Shown here one piece after another: positions 53,882 through 64,000 of a stretch of DNA of 64,000 bases. The notes beneath the pieces were generated by a model. It did not search any database, had not been told where the DNA came from, and saw nothing but the letters and a program-made list of their open reading frames with translations. Source of the DNA: Octopus bimaculoides (Eukaryota); NCBI RefSeq assembly GCF_001194135.2, contig NC_068990.1, forward strand, positions 37,177,916-37,241,915, read 5' to 3'. The translations under genes and the position numbers were made by a program. Within the stretch, counting starts at the first letter, position 1. The number at the start of each line of letters is the position of its first letter.

Positions 53882-54379
53882 GCAAGGAAAAACAGAGAAG
53901 AAAGAGGAAGAGAAAAAACGGGAAGAAGAGGAGAAGGAGGAGTGAAAAAGAGAGGAGGAAGAGGAGACAAGAAAGAAGGGGAGGCTGGTATAAATAATAT
54001 AAACAAAACAAAAAAGCACAAAAAAGACAAATAAATGAAGCCAATATAAAAAAAAAAGGCAAGATAAAATGTTTTATTGATTTCTATGTCCAAAGATAAT
54101 GACCAACGTTTTATAGCCACAGAGATGGTAGAGTGCAATAAATCAACCCCAATATATTACTGCTACTTGTATGAAATTGCACAATATGCCCAGAAAGAAT
54201 TTAAGCACAGAATTTATAAGAATGTAACTATAAAACTATATATCATTCCACATGCATACATACATGTGGTGTGATATATAGTTTATAGTTTCATATATAT
54301 ATATATATATATATCATTATCAACAACAGTAGCAGAATCAGCAGTAGCAGCAGCAGTAGTAGTAGCATCTGGAATACAT

Positions 54380-54522
54380 TGGATGGTTTGACAAGACTTG
54401 AATAGCTGAAGGACTACACTGAACTCCAATGTCTATTTTGCCATGGTTTCTATAGCTGGTTGCCCTTCCTAACACCATTCATTTTACATGGTGCTTTTAT
54501 TTGGTACCAACACTAGTGAGGA
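54380..54522 (-). mobile_element. Old family A-related fragment
   Basis: TTGGATGGTTTGAC and GTTTCTATAGCTGGTTGCCCTTCCTAACACCA match the reverse complement of family A. Confidence 0.65.
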
Positions 54523-54707
54523 TGCCATGTAACTCACAGCACTAAAAAAAGCCTCTTTGGCTGTTTTAAAGTATTGTAGAGAGAGAGACATATTGAATGA
54601 TACAGGTTTGTGAAAGTTACTGGAAGGACTTTTGGCTTTCAAGCAATGCTTTGGTAATATATTCTTCTAACCCATGCTGGCATGGAAGACAGGTATAAAA
54701 AGAAAAC

Positions 54708-54761
<54 letters not shown>

Positions 54762-57615
54762 ATGTATGAATGTATTTGCATATATGCACACATGTATATA
54801 CATGTGTGTGTGTGTTCACACTCTGAATGAATATTCACAATGAAACAATTGACGAGCACTGCTCTTCATAAGTATACAGAAAGGATACTGAGCATGAAAG
54901 GACAGCCCTCCAAGGGAATGGAATTTATCATACAACATGTAGTTGCCAGCCAGAGGAGACAGCTGGGAGAGGACATCTACCTCTGGTATTCTGAGTAATT
55001 CTGGATCTGTTGATTCCTTTATTAACTCTAGGAGACTGTCTTTCTATTAGAAAGTCTTGTTTGATTTCCCTTCTACAGTTATTTTGTTATGCCATTACCA
55101 ACCTAAAGACAAGCTCTTTGCAAATGTTATATAATAATGATGGGTAGAGTATACTCTTGACAGTGAGTTTGGTAAAAAAAATCAACTCTGTTTGGGTTAG
55201 ACCAAATTTTCCAGCCATACCATCAAGAAAGAAAAAAGAAGAAAAACCCTGATCTATAAGTGCATAAATAAAGAGAAAATGAGCGCAGGAATGTGGATAA
55301 TCCATGCAAAGGCATATCTAGAGGTATTTGAAAGCTGTTTTGCAGTTTGATATGGCATGTGAAGAAAGCGGGAGTATAGGACAGTGAATGAAACAAAAAC
55401 TAAGCAAACAGCCACAAATATGTGTTCCTTAAACAAATTTATATTAAAATGAACATATCTGAAGAGACATGTAAATAGGGTAACATTCTCAAGCATACCA
55501 TCAGAATTGGATATAAATATTTTACAATAGCATCAGAAGAGTTTGGTGAAATAATCACTTTAAGCGCAAACACCCCACCACATCCATCTATGAAGAACAG
55601 GTTTGTGTTAAAAGCAGAGATGCTGGTGCTACTCACCTCTGAAAGTTTTCAGAGGATCTTTCACCCTTATCTATGTAGACAATGGGGAATCTGTTAGAGT
55701 TATGGCAGAATGCAAGTGAGCTAGCTGCTGCTCATGTAGAAGCACTAACCATCAGAAAGCTTTCTATTCTTGGGTCAAGAAACCAAAAGCTCCTTTGCTG
55801 CTGACACCACAAACACAATAACATTAACTGAAATTACAATGAGAACAACAACAGCAACCACCAGGATTAATTTAGTAGAAGAAACCAATGCCAAGACAGT
55901 TGAAAAATTTACTATCAAAAGGGTCACAAGTGAATTACACTGATCAGTTTTCATAATCTGTAATTTCTTGGCAAGGATGGGGAGCAGAGGAAGCAAACTA
56001 AAGCACAGTAAACTATTATCAATGGGGCCCAAAATAATGAAAAAGAATATAAAAAGGGAGCATGACCCCAACATACACATGTGCATTCACACATTAATAC
56101 ACACACATACACACAAGAAATTATTTGGAATATGAGTGAAAAAACTTACCGATCAGCAAACCCTTGGCATAACCATCAAAATAACATAAAGAAGAACAGA
56201 AAGAATAAAATTCAAAACTACTACAGCAACAGTCAAATTTTTAATCATACCATTATCACCACTAACGGAAAAAGTTGCAAACAGAACAAGGAACAATGTA
56301 AACAAACACTCCACTAAGTTTACCATTGTAAATAAAAATCTCAGTGACTTAATGGAATACATATCAACGTACATAAAAAAATATGAACACAAAGGTGTAG
56401 GGGATTTTCAGGACTTCATTCTCAAAACTCCCAAAGAATAATGACAAATGAAGTCATCATCAGATGTTTGCAGCACTCTTCTTAATAATTTCCCATCAAG
56501 TGTGGGGATAATTTTCAAGAAAATAACTGACAAGAGACTAAGAGGAGCCATTCAAGAAACATCCACCCAAAGAGAGGACTGGATCACTCAGTCTTCTCAG
56601 GAATCAATGTGAGTGACCTTTTTTTTCCACCCTGAATCTGGTAAATATGGCTGTACTTTGGGATTTATCAATGTACATAAGTCAGATCAGCTTAGAAACA
56701 AGATTGTTTGCTTAGTTACCCAGGTAACAATTTAAGCTCCATTAAAGTTTGGCTGATTCAGGTTTTTTTATCAGATGTCCAGAAGCTTTTCTTGGGACAG
56801 CTGCTATTAGTGGAGGTGCTTTTTAGATGCCTTCAGAACTGCATGGGGTTAGAACATATAAGAAGGAGCACAAGAATATTAAAAACCTCTTTAAAATTTT
56901 CAGTTGTCTGATAATTGGATTCCTTGATGTGCCAGTGTTGACATGAAACAGCTACAGTGGATATTTTAGGTCATATCTAGAGCACGTATTAGACAAGCAG
57001 ATAATGGATGGTATGGGATGTCTACAATTTTAACTGGTTATGTACAGAAACCATGAATTTCTGATCTGCTTGGTTGACTAAAATAGGACCCATAGACAGG
57101 GATACAACTACTGGAATTTGCATGTGTCATTATTGATGCATAAAGACTATAGGGACTGGATTAGTGTATTAGTTAAGCAGCAGTTGACAGAGGCAATCAT
57201 TAACGACTGTTGGTAGGGTACCCTGCATAAGGTGATTGAGAATCAATAGCTCTTAGCAAAGAGCTAGTAACAGAGAAAAATAGACTAGATGAGGTGCTAG
57301 TTAGCTATCTAGAAGATCTGATTAATAAGACCATTGCAAAGGATGTGCTAGCAGTAAGACTGACCATGCACAATTTTTTCAACAGGATATATGATGGCTG
57401 CATTCTCAAAGCTAAGATCTTGTGTGGACATGAATAACTGCTGCCTGATGGTTTGAACTGGGAGATGGGAGTGCTGTGTTGGTGTATGTTGGGACAATGT
57501 CACCATCAGGGTGCTGGATGTCATCTACACCTTAACCTTTGTGTAACATTGTTACACAACCACCCCTTAACCCTGTCCACTCACTCTGAAGACAAAGACC
57601 TGTATTTATAATATA

Positions 57616-57827
57616 TACAAGGTGGATGCTGAAAAGTTCCTGGCTTTGAGAAAAGAAAATACAGGAGGATCAGTTAATTACGATTTGTATTCGACATATT
57701 CCATTCTCAGATTCACACACTTATTGCAGTGGTCCTTCAGTTTTATAAGCCCTGTAAAAAGCTTTAGAAGGTTGGGCTTCCAATCAGGCCTTTCGTGATA
57801 CAAGGAACTTTTCAGCATACCCTCATA
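57616..57827. mobile_element. Mariner-type MITE with TIRs and TA target duplication
   Basis: Left TA-CAAGGTGGATGCTGAAAAGTTCCT, right AGGAACTTTTCAGCATACCCTCA-TA (16-bp perfect core ATGCTGAAAAGTTCCT); second copy at 26218-26435. Confidence 0.88.
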
Positions 57828-58117
57828 TGTGTGTGTGTGTGTGTGTGTACATGTATATATAGATACATACATACATATTTATGCATATGCATGTGCACAC
57901 ACACACATATATATATACTACCCATAACTAGATGTAAGGCAAATTCAGGACACTTCATATGATATCGTTGTAAGGATATCTGCTTTCAACACTCGCAAGG
58001 ATACTGGCCCCTATATCATTCTTCAACCAAATTAGCTGCCCCCTACCCCCATAATACACTGTGCTACTGGAAGGGCATGTTGGATAATGTTGAATAACTC
58101 TAGCCTTCCATATCTCT

Positions 58118-58365
58118 CTCTCTTTTTACTCTTTTACTTGTTTCAGTCATTTGACTACGGCCATGCTGAAGCACCGCCTTTAGTTGAGCAAATCGACCCC
58201 AGGACTTTATTCTTTGGAAGCCTAGTACTTATTCTATTGGTCTCTTTTGCTGAACCGCTAAGTTACGGGGATGTAAACACACCAGCATCGGTTGTCAAGC
58301 GATGTTGGGGGGAACAAATACAGGCACACAAACACACACAGACACACATATATATATATATATAC

Positions 58366-58408
<43 letters not shown>

Positions 58409-59125
58409 NNNNNNNNNNNNNNNNNNNNNNNNNNNNNNNNNNNNNNNNNNNNNNNNNNNNNNNNNNNNNNNNNNNNNNNNNNNNNNNNNNNNNNNNNNNN
58501 NNNNNNNNNNNNNNNNNNNNNNNNNNNNNNNNNNNNNNNNNNNNNNNNNNNNNNNNNNNNNNNNNNNNNNNNNNNNNNNNNNNNNNNNNNNNNNNNNNNN
58601 NNNNNNNNNNNNNNNNNNNNNNNNNNNNNNNNNNNNNNNNNNNNNNNNNNNNNNNNNNNNNNNNNNNNNNNNNNNNNNNNNNNNNNNNNNNNNNNNNNNN
58701 NNNNNNNNNNNNNNNNNNNNNNNNNNNNNNNNNNNNNNNNNNNNNNNNNNNNNNNNNNNNNNNNNNNNNNNNNNNNNNNNNNNNNNNNNNNNNNNNNNNN
58801 NNNNNNNNNNNNNNNNNNNNNNNNNNNNNNNNNNNNNNNNNNNNNNNNNNNNNNNNNNNNNNNNNNNNNNNNNNNNNNNNNNNNNNNNNNNNNNNNNNNN
58901 NNNNNNNNNNNNNNNNNNNNNNNNNNNNNNNNNNNNNNNNATATATATATATATATATATACGATGAGCTTCTTTCAGTTTCTGTCTACCATATCCACTC
59001 ACAATGCTTTGGTCAGCCCGAGGCTATAGTAGAAGACACTTGCCCAAGGTGCCACGCAGTGGGGCTGAACCCAGAACCATGTGGTTGGTAAGCAAGCTAC
59101 TTACCACACAGCCACTCCTACGCCT
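58118..59125 (-). mobile_element. Family D SINE with internal microsatellite containing an assembly gap (58409-58940)
   Basis: Both halves are colinear with 42513-42882 in reverse complement. Confidence 0.88.
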
Positions 59126-59585
59126 CTATATATGTGTCTGGATAGAAAAAAAAAATGGGACGGTCATGGATGGACTACTTTTGATCATAATTCTGGTTAC
59201 TTGGGACTGACCTGAGATTAAACAATAACCTCTCAGTTTCCATTTCTTCCTTACACTCATTCTATCATATCACTCAATATTTACGTCACTCTACTCTCTT
59301 GTTCACACACACACACACACATACACAAAAACACATACACAGACATATAACAGATATTCAGATATGTTACTACATATACAAACGCAGATACAAAAGCACA
59401 CACGCACATGTTCTTATAAATACTCATACATACATAGGCACACATACACGGGCATATACATATTTTCCCAACCCCAAAAATGCTTACATTCTTACATACA
59501 CACATGCACACACACATATAAATACAGTTGCACATACACACCAATAAAAGCTCACAAGTAAAAGACAGTGGGGGGGGGGCTTTAT

Positions 59586-59797
59586 GAGGCCACTCAAGCA
59601 ATCTGCTCTTTGTAGCAGCTAAATATCCCTCTTATCTATATTTTTTTAAAAATGGACAGACAAATTGAAAGAATATAGTCCAGGATGCACTCAGAAACAC
59701 ATAAGAAAAATCAGACAGGATAGTCAAGGCTGGAATGTCTTTGATCATAGTTCTGCTCAATCAGTGCATGCAGGACCTGGGGTTAAACAACAACAAC
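59586..59797 (+). mobile_element. Family G repeat ending in (CAA)n
   Basis: Ends GGACCTGGGGTTAAACAACAACAAC; homologous to 52845-53040. Confidence 0.65.
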
Positions 59798-60287
59798 ATA
59801 AAAAGAAATAATATGCCTACAACCACCCCTATCACCACCACCACCACAACAGGAAAAATACATAAAATGATGTAATCATAAGGCATAGGAGGAGGAGTGG
59901 TAGTGACTGGACACTGGAGGAGGAGGAGAAAGAGGACATGGAGGAAGAGAAGGAAGTAGGAATATGTGTGAGGAGCGGGGGGATGGGAATAAAGTGAGAG
60001 GGAAGGTGGGACGAAGAGCTATGGAGGGGGTAGGGGAGAAGTGTGCATAAAAAGCTTCATAAAAAAACAGATAGTAGTAGTAGTAACAGTAGTTGTAGTA
60101 GTGTGAGGATGGTGGGAAGGGAAGGAAGCTGTAGTAAAGGGTGGGAGGAAATGGAAAATAAAAAAAACCCATTTATGAGAAGAGGGGAGGCGGAAGAGGG
60201 TTAAATGGTGGAGGGGGGGACAGATGAGGTTGAGTAAGAGTGAACAGAGAGAAGAAGGAGGCCACTGAAGTGAATGAGAAGGAGTAA

Positions 60288-60408
60288 GAGGAGAGGGAGG
60301 AAAAGGAGAGAGGGAAAGAGGAGAGGGAGGAAGAGGAGAGGGAGGAAGAGGAGAGGGAGGAAGAGGAGAGGGAGGAAGAGGAGAGGGAGGAAGAGGAGAG
60401 GGAGGAGG
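60288..60408 (+). repeat. 15-bp polypurine minisatellite GAGGAGAGGGAGGAA, about 8 units
   Basis: Seen directly; gives the spurious (PPSPL)n ORF. Confidence 0.88.
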
Positions 60409-61613
60409 AGAAACAAAGATCATACAATGAAGTGAACTGCACTGTGGTAGTGGGAGGTAGTTATATTTTTGTGGAGGAGAAGGCAGAGGAGGCAACACAA
60501 TAACAGCAAGGAAGGGGAGAAAAGTGAAGGTGTGAGAGAGCCTGGGATAGTAGTAGGGTAGAAGGAAGAGGAATGGAAGGAAGAGGTGAGAGTGAGAGAT
60601 AAGGATGAGAGAGAGGGAGAGAGAGAGATTATAGAGAGGAGTAGAAAAAAAAAACAAATTAGGAAGAGGAAGTAAGAGAAAGGTGAAATGATGATGATGA
60701 TGATGAGGAGGAGGAGGAGGAGGAAGCGGAGGGGATGGATGTGTGGTGGTCGTTGTTTAGAATGGGGATGATGAGCGGGGAGGTGGGGGGCTGTAAAAGA
60801 TGAAGAGGAATGAGGAACCCCCCCCCCCGGAAGAATTATTACAATGAGTAGCAGTAAGAGGAGGCAATAGAATGGGTGGAGAGGAAAAAAGAATGGAAGG
60901 CGGAGGGGCGGCCAGCAGCAGCAGCAGCTCATCGGCTGCAGCATCCATATTTTTTATATTCCCTTCCTCTCTCTCTCTCTTCCTCTTTAGTCTCTCTCAC
61001 TCCCACTCTCTCTTTCTCTGCCTTTTTCTTTCCCCCTCTGTCACTCCCTCTCGATCTCTTCTCTCCCTCTTTAGTCTCTCACTCACTCTCTTTCTCACTG
61101 CCTTTTCTCACCTCCTCACTATCTTCCTCTCTCTATCTCCCTCCCTCTCTCTATATCTCTCTCCCTCTCTCTATATTTCTCCCCCTCTCTCTTCCTCCCT
61201 CCCTCTCCTCCTCTCTCCCTCTCTCAATCTCTCTTCACTACACTTTCCATTTTTAGCTACTCAGTCAATTTTTTTACCTCACTCCATCACTAATCACTTT
61301 TTCTCTCTCTCTCCTCTCTCTATATTTCTCTTTTTCTCTCATTTTGACCTCACTACTCTTACTCTTCCTCTCTATCTACATTTCTTTAATCACTATCATC
61401 ACCATCCTCATCCTCATCACCACCACCACCACCACCACCATCATTGTCATTGCCTGTTGGCCTTGTCATTTTCATCATTATCATCATCATCATCATCATT
61501 GGTTGCATTATTGTCATCACCATGACAATCATCATCACCAGCATTATCACCATCAGCATAACCTACACCATGACAATATTAGTAATTCTTCTTCTTACTA
61601 TTATTATTATGAA

Positions 61614-61844
61614 TGCAGTGAAATGGCAGAATCATTAGCATGCCGGGTGAAATACTTAGCAGCATTCCATCTGCCGTTACATTCCGATTTCAAATTCCGC
61701 TAGGGTCGACACTGCCTGTTAATCCTTTTGGGATTGATTAAACAAGTACCAGTTATGCACTGGGGTCGATGTAATCGACTTAATCCCTTCCCCTAAATTT
61801 AAGGCCTTGGGCTTCCAGTAGAAAGAACTATCATTATTATTATT
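61614..61844 (+). mobile_element. Family B SINE, full length with (TAT)n tail
   Basis: Colinear with 16385-16604. Confidence 0.85.
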
Positions 61845-61972
61845 ACCAACCACATGGTCCTGGGTTCAGTCCCACTGCATGGCACCTTGGGCAAGTGTCT
61901 TCTACTATAGCCTCGGGCCGACCAAAGCCTTGTGAGTGGATTTGGTAGACGGAAACTGAAAGAAGCCCGTCA
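61845..61972 (+). mobile_element. Family D SINE 5' half running into microsatellite and gap
   Basis: CCAACCACATGGTCCTGGGTTCAGTCCCACTG...GGAAACTGAAAGAAGCCCGTC. Confidence 0.88.
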
Positions 61973-61985
61973 TAGATATAGATAT

Positions 61986-62022
<37 letters not shown>

Positions 62023-62438
62023 NNNNNNNNNNNNNNNNNNNNNNNNNNNNNNNNNNNNNNNNNNNNNNNNNNNNNNNNNNNNNNNNNNNNNNNNNNNNNN
62101 NNNNNNNNNNNNNNNNNNNNNNNNNNNNNNNNNNNNNNNNNNNNNNNNNNNNNNNNNNNNNNNNNNNNNNNNNNNNNNNNNNNNNNNNNNNNNNNNNNNN
62201 NNNNNNNNNNNNNNNNNNNNNNNNNNNNNNNNNNNNNNNNNNNNNNNNNNNNNNNNNNNNNNNNNNNNNNNNNNNNNNNNNNNNNNNNNNNNNNNNNNNN
62301 NNNNNNNNNNNNNNNNNNNNNNNNNNNNNNNNNNNNNNNNNNNNNNNNNNNNNNNNNNNNNNNNNNNNNNNNNNNNNNNNNNNNNNNNNNNNNNNNNNNN
62401 NNNNNNNNNNNNNNNNNNNNNNNNNNNNNNNNNNNNAC

Positions 62439-62709
62439 AAGCAATATTAATTCTCTAAATGAAGTATTAACAGTAACTGCACGATAAAGTGTAGTATATT
62501 GCCACTTAAGTGTGGCTGACCCCTAGGGGTGGATGTTACTGTTGCTTTTAGCCCCAGGAGGACATCTCCTCCAGCTGGCTTATCGACACACGACTGTGTC
62601 CTGTTTGCCAAGGTTTTTCTCTCTCACCAAGGTCATCGGCTGTCGAACGCCGACGAAGGGAAATAACCCTGAAATCCGGATACGTTCGTGCTGCTGGCCG
62701 TGGTGAGAT
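62439..62709 (+). mobile_element. Family E copy 3, terminal 89-bp cassette inverted (flop)
   Basis: 62439-62613 is colinear with 42923-43097; 62621-62709 is the reverse complement of 43107-43195 (86/89). Confidence 0.88.
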
Positions 62710-63018
62710 TCTGAAGAAGAAAAACAAATAGCCAGCCGCACATGTGTGGTTACATATAAAGTCTCTCTCATCTAATCAAGCAGGTGTCAAATGATTATGC
62801 TTCTATGAAGATCTGATGAAGTCCTGTAATGCAGAAACAAGACAGCTAACAAGGATCAGTTTTGTTGAGTAACCTTTTGTAGAGCATATTATCAATCCAT
62901 ATGAGGCACATATAAATCACAAAAAATCTGTTAGAAAAGAAAGACTTTGTATGCTGCAGAAATACAAAGGTACATTATTTACATTTGACGGATATTTGTC
63001 CTCATCTTGTTTGTTGTT

Positions 63019-63064
63019 AACACAACGTTTCGGCTGATATATCCTCCAGCCTTCATCAGGTGTC
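63019..63064 (-). ncRNA. Minimal type I hammerhead ribozyme motif
   Basis: RNA: GACAC-CUGAUGA-A-GGCUG-GAGGAUAUAU-CAGCC-GAAA-CG-UU/GUGUU. Stem I GACAC:GUGUU, stem II GGCUG:CAGCC, loop-less palindromic stem III ACGU, cleavage triplet GUU. Confidence 0.8.
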
Positions 63065-63111
63065 TTGGAGAAATTTCGAACCTGGGTTCTCATTCCTAAG
63101 GTATTTTTCGA

Positions 63112-63153
<42 letters not shown>

Positions 63154-63168
63154 GCAGGTCACTGCCTA

Positions 63169-63222
63169 GAATCGAACTTGGAATCTTGGGGTTAGTAGCC
63201 CGCGCTCTTAACCACTACACCA
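63169..63222 (-). promoter_or_regulatory. Internal RNA polymerase III type-2 promoter (A box 63222-63212, B box 63177-63169)
   Basis: A box TGGTGTAGTGG and B box GTTCGATTC match the consensus with tRNA-like spacing. Confidence 0.75.
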
Positions 63223-63800
63223 TATGCCCATGGGCAAATGTAAATAATGTAAATAATTCATCATCTCTTAAATATAGAACTGGAACATAAAAGTAGTTAA
63301 CTAAAAGTACTGATATGATAGAAATATTTCCAAATGCCTCGAGGTTTCCTTGTATGTAGTGGACAGTTTTAGTTAGCTAAGGGGTCAGATGTAGCAGTGA
63401 TGGTTGGTGCTCTGAATATAGGAGTTAAACACTTCAGAGAGGTGTTGTATCAACTAGGAGGAAAGAAATTTGTCCTGCAAGTGACAGGCAAACTTTATAA
63501 CCCTCGAACACAAAGTGTGATACTGCAAAGAAGCAAAACCTGAACATTAAGTTCTTCGTTACCTTTTATCTATTTAAATACAGTGACATTTTTTTTTTTT
63601 TTTAATGAATTTCGAAATAAAGTAGCAACTTTCTCATTGTTAATCTAATATCTGGAACATATATTAACATGAAATTTTAATGGATGGGTTTCAGATCATC
63701 CTAAAGCAGGAGGTTTACATCACAGAAATGGCTGGTTTCAGATGGGTTACACAGAGGCACGTGGCACATATGTATGTATATATATATATATGTATATATA

Positions 63801-63847
<47 letters not shown>

Positions 63848-63850
<3 letters not shown>

Positions 63851-64000
63851 CAATGTTAATTCTCTAAATGAAGTATTAACAGTAACTGCACGATAAAGTG
63901 TAGTATATTGCCACTTAAGTGTGGCTGACCCCTAGGGGTGGATGTTACTGTTGCTTTTAGCCCCAGGAGGACATCTCCTCCAGCTGGCTTATCGACACAC
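63848..64000 (+). mobile_element. Family E copy 4 (truncated by window end)
   Basis: Starts AAGCAATGTTAATTCTC right after (TA)n; shares variants with copy 3. Confidence 0.88.

Larger units (their letters stand above)
62971..63229 (-). mobile_element. tRNA-headed SINE-like element with internal (AAT)n and a 3' hammerhead ribozyme
   Basis: Head GGGCATATGGTGTAGTGGTTAAGAGCGCGGGCTACTAACCCCAAGATTCCAAGTTCGATTCTAGGCAGTGACC (63229-63157), (AAT)n at 63153-63114, hammerhead at 63064-63019. Confidence 0.8.

Noticed and set aside
52993-54138. 381-aa ORF and other long low-complexity ORFs (poly-T/P/V, YI, CV, LS, ER repeats; X-containing ORFs)
   Set aside because: They are translations of microsatellites, minisatellites and N-gaps, not genes.
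55280-55640. Faint resemblance to an RTE reverse transcriptase (…ASEEFG…)
   Set aside because: Too degenerate; no diagnostic catalytic motif recoverable by eye.
56520-56608. AG/GTGAGT-bounded 89-bp candidate exon; similar candidates at 4723, 5499 and 10059
   Set aside because: Splice-like dinucleotides are expected by chance and the peptides are unrecognisable.
62807-62860. Second hammerhead-like string on plus strand, CTGATGAAGTCCTGTAATGCAGAAACAAG
   Set aside because: Core words are present but stem II is only 2-3 bp, there is no NUH after GAAAC and no stem I partner; at best a decayed remnant.
63157-63229. tRNA gene (apparent ACT anticodon)
   Set aside because: Acceptor and anticodon stems do not pair properly and it is fused to a repeat body; treated as a SINE head.

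Overview
AT-rich, repeat-saturated, non-coding animal genomic DNA. The SINE repertoire and microsatellite load look like an octopod cephalopod draft assembly (inference). It has 17 N-gaps, nearly all bordered by dinucleotide repeats, mostly (TA)n. No host protein-coding exon can be supported; almost all ORFs in the track are microsatellite or gap artefacts. Recognisable content: decayed LINE fragments (RTE, R4-like and HERO-like RLE), a near full-length decayed Tc1/mariner (maT-like) element, two MITE types, and several SINE-like families. My working labels for these are A (RTE-type 3' end with a (GAT)n tail), B, C, D, G and H; several copies have clear TSDs or are nested. Two things stand out near the end of the window. 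First, a tRNA-headed Pol III element (63229->62971, minus strand) carries a complete minimal type I hammerhead ribozyme fold and is bracketed by 16-bp inverted repeats. Second, a ~275-bp hairpin-dense element (family E, 4 copies) has an 89-bp terminal hairpin domain that occurs in both orientations (flip/flop). Family names are my own, and nothing was checked against databases.
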